Positions 41,384 to 51,556 of a stretch of 64,000 nucleotides of DNA are shown here, piece after piece. The DNA comes from an uncultured Gammaproteobacteria bacterium (GTDB lineage: Bacteria > Patescibacteriota > Patescibacteriia > UBA9934). Within the stretch, counting starts at the first letter, position 1, and the number at the start of each line of letters is the position of its first letter. The notes below the pieces were generated by a model, which did not search any database, had not been told where the DNA came from, and saw nothing but the letters and a program-made list of their open reading frames with translations. The stretch is taken from assembly GCA_964613815.1 (NCBI GenBank), contig CAZTKG010000003.1, positions 125,440-189,439 on the forward strand. The letters are read 5' to 3'. Both the position numbers and the translations under genes were made by a program.

Positions 41384-43903
41384 ATGCAGCATGACATTAT
41401 TTCTAAATTCTCTGAACATTTAAAGGCGGCGTTGACGCGGTCTTTTACGCTTGTCATGAGCTCTGACGGGAAAAAGATTGAGCCAGAACATCTTTTGTGG
41501 GGACTTGCGACGCAGGACGGATGTGTTGCGGCGGAAATCTTGGGACGCGTCACGTTTCCCGTTGATACACTTGGTGAACTTCTCGGTTCTACATCCGTGA
41601 ATCCTGATGTCACCACGGAAAAACGTGCTCTCCCTGTCATGACTCAGGCTGCGAGCGCGCTCGTGGAGGCCGCGGTTTTAACTGCGAACGTTTACGAACA
41701 TCGATTTGTTGGGACCGAGCACCTCCTTTCTGCGATGACGCATCCGAAGGGGCCTTGCAAAATTGGTTTTTTTGAAGAAAACGAGGTTGATGTTGGGCAA
41801 ATCCAGGAACATCTCAAGACGGCGTTTCTTGCGTCCATGAACATCTCTCGAAACCCCCACGCGCTCATGAAGATGACCCAGACACCAGAGCTTGCGCTTT
41901 TTGAGGAAGAGGTTCGTGATGAGCGACGCGATGAAGAGGTTGAGACCGATGATCGTGAGACGCCTGCGCTTGATTATTTTGCTGACGAACTTACGCATCC
42001 GGACATGGTTGATACGTTTAATCCTGTGATTGGGCGTGATCGTGAGATCCGGCGTGTGATGCACATCTTGTCTCGCAGGACGAAAAATAACCCTATCCTT
42101 GTTGGTGAGCCAGGTGTTGGGAAAACGGCGATTGTTGAAGGGTTAGCCCGAATGATTGTGAGTGGGGATGTTCCGCCAGTCTTGATGGAGAAGCGTATTT
42201 ATCGACTAGATCTTGCGAGCCTTATTGCCGGGACGATGTACCGCGGGGAGTTTGAGTCTCGGCTACGTCAACTTATAGAAGAGGTTGCTGAGCGGCCTCA
42301 GGTGATTTTGTTTATTGATGAGGTGCATACCATTGCTGGAACCGGGTCCTCCTCTGGCACGCTTGATGCAGCAAACATTTTGAAACCTGCGCTGGCGCGT
42401 GGGGAAATTCGATGTATTGGCGCGACAACGCAGATGGAGTACAAGAAAAGTATTGAATCCGACGGCGCGTTGGAGCGGAGATTTGGACGTGTCGTTGTGC
42501 CAGAGCCCTCTCCTTCTGAGACGCGTAAGATTTTGCTTGGGATACAGTCTTACTATGAAGATTTTCATTTGGTGAACTACACGCCGGAGGCAATCGATGC
42601 AGCTCTTCGACTTTCTGAGGCATACTTTTATGATCGTCACTTTCCTGATAAGGCAATCGATGTTTTGGATGAAGCTGGCGCTATTACGAACACGAAAAAG
42701 CGACCTAGTCGGCGAATGAAGGAAATTCAACGGTGCAAGCGACTGCTTGAAAAGGCGCGAAAAACGAAAGAAAAGGCTGTGCATTTGCGACAATATGATG
42801 ACGCGAAGGAGATTAAGGAATGCGAGAAAGAGATTTTGGATGCGTTGCAGCAGCTTTATGACATGCAAGAGGATGAGAAGCCTACGACGGTTGATGCTCC
42901 TGCTGTTTATCATGTCGTTTCTGAGATGCTTGGGATTCCTGCCGAACATGTTCAAGAACAATCTCTGTTTACGAGCGAGGGGCTTCAGAGCGCATTTAAA
43001 GCTCATCTCTTTGGTCAGGATCGAGCAGTGAAGACCGTTGCTTCTCAGATTTTACGGAGCCAAGTTGGGATGCGTCGGAAGCACCGGCCACTTGCCTCGT
43101 TTTTATTCTGTGGACCTACTGGCACTGGAAAGACGAGTTTTGCGAAAGTGATTTCTGACACCATCTTCCCCGTGAATGGCGGATATTTGCGCCTGAACAT
43201 GTCTGAATACTCTGAAGGATTTTCTGTCTCCAAGTTGATTGGTGCGCCTGCTGGATATGTTGGCTACCGTGAAAAGAGTCGGCTTACGGATGTTGTGAAA
43301 GCGCAGCCGCATAGCGTTATTTTGTTTGATGAGTTCGAGAAGGCACATCCTGACGTGCGATCGCTCTTGTTTCAGATCCTCGATCAGGGAGAGCTCGTTG
43401 ATGCGACTGGGCGCGCGATCTCTTTTCGGCAGGCGATTATTGTGATGACGACCAATGTTGGTGCTGATGCGATTCGTGGAGGCGGGATCGGGTTTTCTGA
43501 CGGTGATGCGGAGCGCGGGTCTGATGCCGGCGTAAGGAAAGCTCTCGAAGACGCGCTTTCTCGACCACTTTTGAATCGTGTCGATTCTGTTTGCGTGTTT
43601 AATCCACCTGCTGATGAAGTGATCCGTGCAATTGTGCGCAAAGAGCTTGAGATTGTTGCAGGTCGGTTGCGTGATAGGGATAGCGAACTCGCGTTTTCTG
43701 ATGCCGCTGTGGAATATATTAGCTCGCAAATTGACCCAAAGCATGGTGGGCATGGCGTGCGCCGCGCCATTGAAGACCATGTTGAATCTCAATTGACTGA
43801 CTTGATTATTTCGCGTGGCCTCTCCCCGCTTCTGACAGCGAAGCGATCACCTGAAGGAGATATTGTCATCGAGCCGTGCGATCAACCTCCACTTGCGGTA
43901 TAA
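41384..43903 (+). CDS. clpC: ATP-dependent Clp protease ATP-binding subunit (ClpC/ClpA class, two AAA+ modules)
   Basis: Clp_N repeats, Walker [10 protein letters not shown] and GPTGTGKT, and a UVR-like coiled coil. Confidence 0.85.
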   Translation: MQHDIISKFSEHLKAALTRSFTLVMSSDGKKIEPEHLLWGLATQDGCVAAEILGRVTFPVDTLGELLGSTSVNPDVTTEKRALPVMTQAASALVEAAVLTANVYEHRFVGTEHLLSAMTHPKGPCKIGFFEENEVDVGQIQEHLKTAFLASMNISRNPHALMKMTQTPELALFEEEVRDERRDEEVETDDRETPALDYFADELTHPDMVDTFNPVIGRDREIRRVMHILSRRTKNNPILVGEPGVGKTAIVEGLARMIVSGDVPPVLMEKRIYRLDLASLIAGTMYRGEFESRLRQLIEEVAERPQVILFIDEVHTIAGTGSSSGTLDAANILKPALARGEIRCIGATTQMEYKKSIESDGALERRFGRVVVPEPSPSETRKILLGIQSYYEDFHLVNYTPEAIDAALRLSEAYFYDRHFPDKAIDVLDEAGAITNTKKRPSRRMKEIQRCKRLLEKARKTKEKAVHLRQYDDAKEIKECEKEILDALQQLYDMQEDEKPTTVDAPAVYHVVSEMLGIPAEHVQEQSLFTSEGLQSAFKAHLFGQDRAVKTVASQILRSQVGMRRKHRPLASFLFCGPTGTGKTSFAKVISDTIFPVNGGYLRLNMSEYSEGFSVSKLIGAPAGYVGYREKSRLTDVVKAQPHSVILFDEFEKAHPDVRSLLFQILDQGELVDATGRAISFRQAIIVMTTNVGADAIRGGGIGFSDGDAERGSDAGVRKALEDALSRPLLNRVDSVCVFNPPADEVIRAIVRKELEIVAGRLRDRDSELAFSDAAVEYISSQIDPKHGGHGVRRAIEDHVESQLTDLIISRGLSPLLTAKRSPEGDIVIEPCDQPPLAV

Positions 43904-43924
43904 TTTTGGTGTGAATCTTTTTGA

Positions 43925-44746
43925 TTGGCACTTATGGCGAATGCGCATGCTTTCAAGCGCGAACTGAACCAGAAGAAACACATTAAACGCCTTCAATCGA
44001 GCACGCAGCCGCTTCGCGCGATAGATATGAATCCTACTAGCCGCGCAAGCTCTGGAGAGCGTGCTTTTCGCGAATCTACGCATGCGGCGAAGATGTCCGC
44101 TCAACGAGCTCAGATTCATGCGCAGTCACTTGGACATTCTCAGCTACAACCTCACCCCGAGATTCGTCAAGACGGCAATGTCCACTACCTCCCTGCCCCC
44201 TCGAGACCAGCGCCGCCACAACAGCATGAAATGCGCGCTACAGATCCTCGCCGCGGTGCCGCTCGAAGACGTCGGAATGCTGATCGTGAGAACAAACGAC
44301 GCCTTCTTGCCACCGAGAAAAACGTCGCTGAGATGAAGAGGAACATGACGCGAAAGATTATTTGGGGAGCTGGAGGCCCTGGCGGCGCCGCGGAATGCGA
44401 GGGAGCTGCTGGAGGAACGTGGTTTGGTCTTGGAGGGCTTGCAACGGTCTATCAGGCTGGAAAGGCATTTCTCAAGTCCAAAGATGATCCTGATCTTTTT
44501 GGTAAAGATGGTGTTTTGACGTTTTTTGAACCACCAAGACCTGACCCGAATGATGGCTTTAGTTATGTGGTTTATCTCTATGCGATCGGCTGGACGTTTG
44601 CCGTTGTTGCCGCACTGCTTGTTCTGATTTTTTTCTTGACCCTTCTTGCCTTCTCGATTCTTGTCTACTCTGGCATGATGGCATCGATCTTCGGAATCCT
44701 TACATCCTTTCTCTCACCATTTGTTGAAATTATCTTCTTCCTTTAG
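43925..44746 (+). CDS. hypothetical protein with Gly-rich region and C-terminal TM helices
   Basis: ORF with an RBS and a hydrophobic C-terminus. Confidence 0.4.
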   Translation: MALMANAHAFKRELNQKKHIKRLQSSTQPLRAIDMNPTSRASSGERAFRESTHAAKMSAQRAQIHAQSLGHSQLQPHPEIRQDGNVHYLPAPSRPAPPQQHEMRATDPRRGAARRRRNADRENKRRLLATEKNVAEMKRNMTRKIIWGAGGPGGAAECEGAAGGTWFGLGGLATVYQAGKAFLKSKDDPDLFGKDGVLTFFEPPRPDPNDGFSYVVYLYAIGWTFAVVAALLVLIFFLTLLAFSILVYSGMMASIFGILTSFLSPFVEIIFFL

Positions 44747-44748
44747 CT

Positions 44749-45951
44749 ATGTTTACTTCTCGATGGAAAATTGCTCTTGCCGTCCTTGGCCTCATTGCTT
44801 TTGCCATGCTTTTGGGGGGATTTTTTTATTGGCTCCTGTTTTCGAAGACGCCTGTTGTGACGCCCGTTGATGAGATCGTTGTTGATGATGGCACCGCGTC
44901 GCTTCCAGGCTCTGGAGATGCTCAAGAGCGGGTATCTACCCCTTCTGATAGCGCTCCTGCAGCGGAGAGTGATGGACTGCCCGTCAGTGACGCTGTTCTT
45001 TTGACCACCTCCCCTGTTGAGTCCCCTGTTGCAACCGGCCTTGGTGAAATGGCGTTTTATGACCCTAGCGATGGACGATTTTATCGCATTGATGAGAACG
45101 GTAATCTCGTTGCACTTTCCAGCGAAACCTTTCCAGATGTTGAGGACGTGACGTTTAGTACCGATGTTGACATGGCTGCCATCGAGTTTCCTGATGGAAC
45201 AAACATTTTGTATGACTTTGCGTCAGACGAGCAGACAACGCTTCCGAGTCACTGGGAGGACTTCACCTTCTCTCCTGAGAGTGAAATTGTTGCTAGCAAG
45301 AATATCACTTCCAATCCTGATCTGAATTCTATTGTTGTTACATCGACTGATGGGACGCATACGCAGGTTCTCGCAGGGCTTGGGACCAATGCGGGAGACG
45401 TTACACTTGACTGGTCGCCGACTGGAGATGTGATTGGGTATGCACAGACTGGAAGTACACAGAGTGGATTTGGGCGTGAGCAGATTTATTTGATTGGAAA
45501 CGATGGGGAGCCTGCGGGGTCCATTGTGGTTGAAGGTCTGTATTTTGATCCTATTTGGTCACCTAGTGGGGAGACGATTTTGTATTCTATTACGGATGAT
45601 TCTGCCGATGGTCGGCCGACGATTTGGTCGGTTGATGGGAATGGAGCGGACGCTGGGGGTGATCGGACTCGGTATGGGGTTCAGACGTATGTTGAAAAAT
45701 GTTCGTTTGCGACTGAGACGATTGTGTATTGCGCGGTTCCGCGAGAGCTTCCGGATAATGCTGGTTTTGATGTTAGCCTCGCTGATGCGCCGGATGATGT
45801 TTATAAGTTGAATTTGACGACTGGACAGACAACACTTGTCGCTGTTCCCTCTCGTGATTATCAGATGTTTAATGTCTCTGTTCCTGAGGATCAATCTATT
45901 CTTTACTTCACCGACGAGGCAGGTCGCCTTCATCGTTTAGAACTTGATTAG
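44749..45951 (+). CDS. membrane-anchored beta-propeller protein (TolB/PD40-like repeats)
   Basis: N-terminal TM helix and repeated DWSPTGD / WSPSGE PD40-like motifs. Confidence 0.5.
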   Translation: MFTSRWKIALAVLGLIAFAMLLGGFFYWLLFSKTPVVTPVDEIVVDDGTASLPGSGDAQERVSTPSDSAPAAESDGLPVSDAVLLTTSPVESPVATGLGEMAFYDPSDGRFYRIDENGNLVALSSETFPDVEDVTFSTDVDMAAIEFPDGTNILYDFASDEQTTLPSHWEDFTFSPESEIVASKNITSNPDLNSIVVTSTDGTHTQVLAGLGTNAGDVTLDWSPTGDVIGYAQTGSTQSGFGREQIYLIGNDGEPAGSIVVEGLYFDPIWSPSGETILYSITDDSADGRPTIWSVDGNGADAGGDRTRYGVQTYVEKCSFATETIVYCAVPRELPDNAGFDVSLADAPDDVYKLNLTTGQTTLVAVPSRDYQMFNVSVPEDQSILYFTDEAGRLHRLELD

Positions 45952-45953
45952 TT

Positions 45954-46562
45954 ATGAAGCACCCGAAAAGTTTTCTTGCTGTCTTTGGTCTTTCTGCGCT
46001 GGCCCTTGTGATTCTTTTGACTCGGCCGGATGCGTCTGATTTGTTTACCATTGATGAGCCTCGGATTGGAGATGACCCGTTTTATGGCGCTGAAGATGCT
46101 GCTCTGACTGTTGTGCTTTTTGGGGACTTTGAGAGTGATGGGACACGCGATGCTGTAGAGTCTTTGCGGGATATTGTGGATGCGAATGACGACATTCGAC
46201 TTGTTTGGAAGGATTTTCCAAATGCTTCGCTGCACCCCGATGCGGTGAAGGCCGCTGTTGCTGCGCAGTGTGCGCATCGTCAGGATGTGTTCTGGGAGTA
46301 CGCAGCGTATCTTTTGGATAATCAGAACGCGTTTGGTGATGATCTTTACTATACGGTCGGTGATACGCTTGAGTTGAGGGCTCGGGCATTTGCGAACTGT
46401 GTTGAAAATGACGAGACCCTTGAGCTTATTGATGAGAGTTACCGAGAGGGGCTTGCGCTAAAGATTCTTAGCACTCCGACGATTTATATTGGCTCCGAGC
46501 GCTTCGCTGGTGAGATGACGGATCGTGATATTGCCTTGTTTATTGACGAACAACGACCATGA
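45954..46562 (+). CDS. DsbA-like thioredoxin-fold protein lacking the CxxC active site
   Basis: Signal peptide and DsbA-like fold pattern, but VVLFGDFESDG replaces the F.C..C motif. Confidence 0.5.
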   Translation: MKHPKSFLAVFGLSALALVILLTRPDASDLFTIDEPRIGDDPFYGAEDAALTVVLFGDFESDGTRDAVESLRDIVDANDDIRLVWKDFPNASLHPDAVKAAVAAQCAHRQDVFWEYAAYLLDNQNAFGDDLYYTVGDTLELRARAFANCVENDETLELIDESYREGLALKILSTPTIYIGSERFAGEMTDRDIALFIDEQRP

Positions 46563-47911
46563 GACTTTTTGCGACGATTGCGATTGGGCTCTTTTTGATG
46601 CCCGCGGTGGCGTTTGGGGCACTTGCTTCTGAGTGTGATGATTCGCCGCTTTGCTCTTGTGATGATTATTCTGTTCCAAATAGTGGTGTTCAGGAGTGCT
46701 GGGATGAGTGTGAAGGCAGCCTTCAGTGCACGATTGATGGAAGTATCACCTCCGTTGAATCAACCGAATGCGACCCAGATGCCGATGAAACGTCTTTTGA
46801 TTGTTATTCCGCAGCGAGTTCTGATGGAGAAGATTCAGAGGCATCGAGCACTACTGAAGAAAAGAAAGATCATGACGCGCCCAGTTTGAGTATCCATATT
46901 CCCGGATTAGACCTCTCCCCTTCCACGGCCAGCGGTTCAAGTATTGAGGTCAATTATATTGGCCAGTATGTTAATGCCCTTTACTCATGGCTGATTGGTG
47001 CCGGCTCACTTATCGCCGTCGTTGTTCTGATGGTTAGCGGTGTACAGTACATGATGGCGCGTGGAAATGCCTCGCTTGTTACCCAGGCGAAGGAACGGAT
47101 GACGAATGCCGTTATTGGGCTCGTGCTGCTCTTGGGAGCCTATGCGATTGCGAACTTCATTGATCCTGCGACGGTGAATTTTGATACGCTTAAGCTTGAC
47201 TCTATTGGTAAGATGCTTGATAAAAGTACTTCTGGAGAAGAGGGAGCTTCAGGCGGAGGGGATCAAACGAAGTGTGATGAGGTCCTCGCCAAGGCCTCGA
47301 CGGAGGGGTCCTGCCCAATTGATAACTTTATGGCGCCAGCGTCTGGCGTGGGACTGTCGTGCAATTACCACTTTAGTGATGCGGATTATAATTACAAGGA
47401 TCAGAAAAGCTTGGACTACCCAGGCATTTGGGGCACCCCCCTTCTCGCCTCGTTTGATGGAGAGGTTGAGTATGTTGAAGGAGGAGGGAGTAACCGCTGC
47501 GGTAATCAGATCAATCTCAAGGGTAGTGGTATCTCTATTATTTACTGTCATGCGAAAAACTTTGTTGATAGTCAAGGTAATATGCGTGAATCTGGAACCA
47601 AGGTTGTTCAGGGCGAAGTCCTTGGACATTTGGGCGGAGTTGCTTGCGGCGGTCAAGCAGATATTCCAAAGCATTGGAAGTATCGCGATAGAATGCTTAA
47701 TGGACCATCTGGCACGGCATGTAAAACGGTTAACTCCCTTGAGACCTGCAGTTGTCAAACTTGGCAACATAGCGGCCATACGACCGGCTCCCATGTTCAT
47801 ATTGAACTGAAATATGGCGGCAATCTCCTTACCTGCGTTGCAAATGGACTAGATACTGCTGAAGCGACAGGTGATACCGGCCAAGCCGCTCCGGTGGAGG
47901 GTGATCATTGA
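46559..47911 (+). CDS. secreted Cys-rich protein with a central hydrophobic hairpin and C-terminal M23 (LytM) peptidase domain
   Basis: Signal peptide, a Cys-rich acidic region, two adjacent hydrophobic helices, and M23 motifs HSGHTTGSHVHIE. Confidence 0.65.
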   Translation: MRLFATIAIGLFLMPAVAFGALASECDDSPLCSCDDYSVPNSGVQECWDECEGSLQCTIDGSITSVESTECDPDADETSFDCYSAASSDGEDSEASSTTEEKKDHDAPSLSIHIPGLDLSPSTASGSSIEVNYIGQYVNALYSWLIGAGSLIAVVVLMVSGVQYMMARGNASLVTQAKERMTNAVIGLVLLLGAYAIANFIDPATVNFDTLKLDSIGKMLDKSTSGEEGASGGGDQTKCDEVLAKASTEGSCPIDNFMAPASGVGLSCNYHFSDADYNYKDQKSLDYPGIWGTPLLASFDGEVEYVEGGGSNRCGNQINLKGSGISIIYCHAKNFVDSQGNMRESGTKVVQGEVLGHLGGVACGGQADIPKHWKYRDRMLNGPSGTACKTVNSLETCSCQTWQHSGHTTGSHVHIELKYGGNLLTCVANGLDTAEATGDTGQAAPVEGDH

Positions 47912-47917
47912 TCGTCT

Positions 47918-49198
47918 ATGTATTCTTGTTCACATTGTGATTCTCAGTCGTTGAAGTGGCAGGGGCGTTGCTCTGAATGCGGGAAATGGGGGACGCTTCA
48001 GGAGGAGGCTAGGACTGGGAAGAAATCTACATCCAAACGGAGGGCGCCTGCAGCGCCTGTTTTGGATCTTGGGAGCGCGGTGATTGGGACGGAGACGCGG
48101 ACTTCTACGAAGATTGGAGAGCTCGATCGGGTCTTGGGAGGCGGGCTTGTTGCGGGGAGCGTGACGCTACTTGCTGGTGAGCCAGGGATTGGGAAGTCTA
48201 CGCTTACGGCTCAGCTTTCTTCGTTGTTTGGTTCTGATAAGGCGAAGACCCTTTATGTGAGTGGCGAGGAGTCTCAGGCGCAGGTCTTGATGCGGTTTCA
48301 GCGGCTTGGGATCGTGCCTGATGCGGTGGTGTTTAGTGGGGCTACGGATGTTGGGTCGATTGTTGCGGCGGCTGATGAGGTCTCCCCTGCTCTTCTTGTG
48401 ATCGATTCGATTCAGACGATGATTCCTGAAGGAATTGATAGTATGCCGGGGACGCCGACAGCGGTTCGAACGGCGACGGCGCAGCTGATTGGGCATGCGA
48501 AAACGTCTGGGATGCCGGTGGTTTTGATTGGTCAGGTGACGAAGGAGGGGTCTATTGCGGGACCGAAGACGCTTGAGCATTTGGTTGATACGCTTTTGAC
48601 GCTTGAGGGGGATCGGCATTCTAGTTATCGACTACTGCGCGCGAGTAAGCATCGGTTTGGAGGGACGGAAGAGGTTGGGATTTTTGAGATGATGGAGCGC
48701 GGGATGGTTGCGGTGGAGAATCCTAGTTCTCGGTTTTTGGAGGAGCGGCAGGATGTGACCGGGAGTGCGGTGACGTGTTTGATGGAGGGGTCTCGGCCCA
48801 TTTTGGTGGAGATTCAGGCGCTTTGTGAGCAGAGTCAGTATCCGAATCCTTTGCGGCGTGCGACGGGGTTTGATAGTGGGAGGCTGCAGATGCTTTTGGC
48901 GATCTTGAATAAACGCGCGGGGCTGAAGACGCATGGACTGGATGTGTATGTAAATGTGGTTGGCGGGGTGAAGATTAAGGAGACGGCGGCGGATTTGGCG
49001 GTTTGTGCGGCGATTTTGAGTTCTGTGAAGGATAAGGCGCTGCCGATGAAGGGGGTTTTGATTGGGGAGCTTGGGCTCAGTGGTGAGGTTCGGAGTGTGA
49101 CGCGGATAGCATATCGGGTGAAGGAGGCGAAGCGGTTGGGGTTTGATGCGGTGGAGGTGAAGCATGTGCGGGATTTGAAGGGACTGCTTGGGCAATAA
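47918..49198 (+). CDS. radA: DNA repair protein RadA/Sms
   Basis: N-terminal C4 zinc finger, RecA-like P-loop GEPGIGKST and a Lon-like C-terminal domain. Confidence 0.95.
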   Translation: MYSCSHCDSQSLKWQGRCSECGKWGTLQEEARTGKKSTSKRRAPAAPVLDLGSAVIGTETRTSTKIGELDRVLGGGLVAGSVTLLAGEPGIGKSTLTAQLSSLFGSDKAKTLYVSGEESQAQVLMRFQRLGIVPDAVVFSGATDVGSIVAAADEVSPALLVIDSIQTMIPEGIDSMPGTPTAVRTATAQLIGHAKTSGMPVVLIGQVTKEGSIAGPKTLEHLVDTLLTLEGDRHSSYRLLRASKHRFGGTEEVGIFEMMERGMVAVENPSSRFLEERQDVTGSAVTCLMEGSRPILVEIQALCEQSQYPNPLRRATGFDSGRLQMLLAILNKRAGLKTHGLDVYVNVVGGVKIKETAADLAVCAAILSSVKDKALPMKGVLIGELGLSGEVRSVTRIAYRVKEAKRLGFDAVEVKHVRDLKGLLGQ

Positions 49199-49232
49199 AA
49201 AACAACGAGTGATGAGCTCGTTGTTTTTTTAT
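49198..49232. terminator. bidirectional terminator between radA and recG
   Basis: aaaaaacaacgag-tgatg-agctcgttgttttttt. Confidence 0.55.
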
Positions 49233-51301
49233 TCGAAATGGACTTCTTCAATGTATTCTTCGACGCGTTCTGATAATGATGGCCACTTTTTTAGGGTTGG
49301 GTCGTCTGTGAGAATCCATTCTGCATGGTCTTTTGCCTTGTAGAGAAGCTCTCTGTCGGCGTAGGTGCCGAGTTTGAAGGCTTCGAAGCCGGACTGCTCT
49401 GTGCCGAAGATATTTCCTGGGCCGCGGAGTTCTAGGTCCTTGTCTGCGAGCTGGAAGCCATTTTGGCACCCGACAACGGCGATGAGGCGCTTGCGAGCGA
49501 GTTCTGATAGGCGGCCGGATGGATGGAGGTAGCAGTAGCTTTGGTGGTCGCCCCGCCCTACCCTTCCTCGGAGTTGGTGTAGCTGCGCGAGACCGAAGCG
49601 TTCGGCTCCTTCGATGAACATGACGGTGGCGTTTGGGATGTCTACGCCGACCTCTACCACCGTGGTGGAGATGACCATGTCTAGTTCGCCTGAAGAGAAT
49701 TTTTCCATGATCTCGTCTTTTTCCATGGTTTTGAGCTTTCCGTGGAGAATTCCGAGCTTGTATTTTTTGAATGGGCCTTTTTTGAAGATCGTGTAGGTTT
49801 CGGTGACAGATTTTACTCCGAGCGCGTCTGATTCTTCGATGAGGGGGCAGACGACGAAGACTTGGCGGCCGGCGTCCATTTCTTCTTTGATGCGCTTGTG
49901 AGCCTGCGGTTCTTGCCCCTGTTCGACGAGGAAGGTTTCGATTTTCTTGCGGCCTGCAGGGTATTCGTCTAATAGTGATCGGTCTAGGTCGCCGTAGAGG
50001 ACGAGAGCTAGTGATCTCGGGATTGGGGTTGCGGTCATGCTGAGGAGATGGGGGATGCCGTCTTCGTCGCCTTGGCGATCTTTGAGGGCTCGGCGCTGTT
50101 TGACGCCGAAGCGGTGCTGTTCGTCGACGATCATGAGACCTAGGCGGTTGAAGAGGACGCCTTCTGAGAGGAGTGCGTGGGTTCCGATGGCTAGGTCTAT
50201 TTTTCCATCTTTTAGTGCGTCAAGCATTTGTTTTTTGGTGACCTGCTTGCCTTTGATGCGGCGCTTTGTGCGTGTGAATAGGCCTATCGTGAGCATGTCG
50301 CCGAAGATTTTTTGTAAGCCTTTTGCGTGTTGGTCGGCAAGGATTTCTGTTGGGGCGAGGAAGGCGGTTTGCCAGGTTGAAGATGCGGCGTTTACTGCTG
50401 CGAGCGCTGCGACGACGGTCTTCCCTGTTCCAACGTCCCCCTCTAGCAACCTATTCATTGGGGTTTCCTTTTCTAGATCTTGGATGATGGACCAGCTGGA
50501 TCTTTTTTGGGCATCGGTGAGTTCGAATGGAAGAGCCTTTACCGCCTTTGTGACGGCAGGTTTGTTGAATGGGATTTTTGATGATTTTTGCTTTTGGAGC
50601 GCTCGGCGGACGCGGCGGTGGAGGATTTGATGGAGGAAGAACTCGTCGAATTTAAGACGATCTAGGGCGCGTTCCTGCTTTTCTGTTGAGGATGGGAAAT
50701 GCATCTCCTTGATTGCATCGTGGAGGGGCATGAATTCCTCGGACTTGATAATGTCTTGCGGCATCCATTCTTCGACCTCTTCGATGCCTTTTGTCGCCTC
50801 CTCTGCCAGGGCTCGGCGCATTTTTTGGGTGATTGCGCCGGTAAGTTTGTAAACCGGGAGGATTCTACCGGTTTGCTTGACGCTCTGCTGCTTGCCGAGG
50901 ACTTCGTAGATTGGGTTTACGAGCGAAAGGCCGTAGCGGTCGTCTACCTTTCCTGATAGGGACACGATCACGCCTGGTTTTAGGGTTTTTGTGAGGAAGC
51001 CTTGGTGGAACCAGACGGCTTTGATGGAGCCGGTACCGTCTTCGACCATGGCTTGTGTGATGGTCATTCGCGGGTTGTTTTTGGCGCGGCGGTTTTCGAT
51101 AGTTGCGATCGCGCCTTGGATCGTAATGCGCTCCCCTGCTGATACGCTGCTGATTTCTGTCTTTTTTGAGAGATCGTCGTAACGGAATGGGAAATCTAAT
51201 AAGGCATCTCTTAGGGAGACGATGCCTAGGCGCGCGAAATCTTTGGCGCGGGCGGCGCCGATTCCTTTTGCTCTTTGGATGTTTTTGTCGAGAAGAGGCA
51301 T
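49229..51301 (-). CDS. recG: ATP-dependent DNA helicase RecG
   Basis: Wedge domain, DEAD-box helicase motifs (GDVGTGKT, DEQHRFG) and a TRG motif. Confidence 0.95.
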   Translation of the reverse strand: MPLLDKNIQRAKGIGAARAKDFARLGIVSLRDALLDFPFRYDDLSKKTEISSVSAGERITIQGAIATIENRRAKNNPRMTITQAMVEDGTGSIKAVWFHQGFLTKTLKPGVIVSLSGKVDDRYGLSLVNPIYEVLGKQQSVKQTGRILPVYKLTGAITQKMRRALAEEATKGIEEVEEWMPQDIIKSEEFMPLHDAIKEMHFPSSTEKQERALDRLKFDEFFLHQILHRRVRRALQKQKSSKIPFNKPAVTKAVKALPFELTDAQKRSSWSIIQDLEKETPMNRLLEGDVGTGKTVVAALAAVNAASSTWQTAFLAPTEILADQHAKGLQKIFGDMLTIGLFTRTKRRIKGKQVTKKQMLDALKDGKIDLAIGTHALLSEGVLFNRLGLMIVDEQHRFGVKQRRALKDRQGDEDGIPHLLSMTATPIPRSLALVLYGDLDRSLLDEYPAGRKKIETFLVEQGQEPQAHKRIKEEMDAGRQVFVVCPLIEESDALGVKSVTETYTIFKKGPFKKYKLGILHGKLKTMEKDEIMEKFSSGELDMVISTTVVEVGVDIPNATVMFIEGAERFGLAQLHQLRGRVGRGDHQSYCYLHPSGRLSELARKRLIAVVGCQNGFQLADKDLELRGPGNIFGTEQSGFEAFKLGTYADRELLYKAKDHAEWILTDDPTLKKWPSLSERVEEYIEEVHFE

Positions 51302-51352
51302 TTGATTTAGTATTTTATCTCAGTTTTTGCGAAAAACCAAGCTTGTATTGCT

Positions 51353-51400
51353 CTATCTCGACCGAAATGAGGAGATCTCTCCACGTTGGTCGAGATGGGA
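51353..51400. repeat. dispersed nested palindromic repeat, copy 5
   Basis: tATCTCGACC-gaaatga-GGAGATCTCTCC-acgtt-GGTCGAGATGG. Confidence 0.75.
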
Positions 51401-51427
51401 GCAGATTTTATCCCCACTTTATCCACG

Positions 51428-51545
51428 CTATAAACACCTTTATTCACGGGGTTGTTCACAGATTTGTGGAAAAGTTATACACATTTTGTTCACGTTGACA
51501 TCCGGTTTTTTATTTACGTGTTCAAAAAGCTTAATGATTTGCCCG
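51428..51545. promoter_or_regulatory. cluster of six DnaA-box-like 9-mers followed by an AT-rich tract (candidate oriC or DnaA-regulated promoter)
   Basis: TTATCCACG, TTATTCACG, TTGTTCACA, TTTTCCACA (reverse), TTATACACA and TTGTTCACG within 76 bp, each 7-8/9 to TTATCCACA, followed by an AT-rich segment. Confidence 0.45.
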
Positions 51546-51556
51546 GTTGACTCTGT

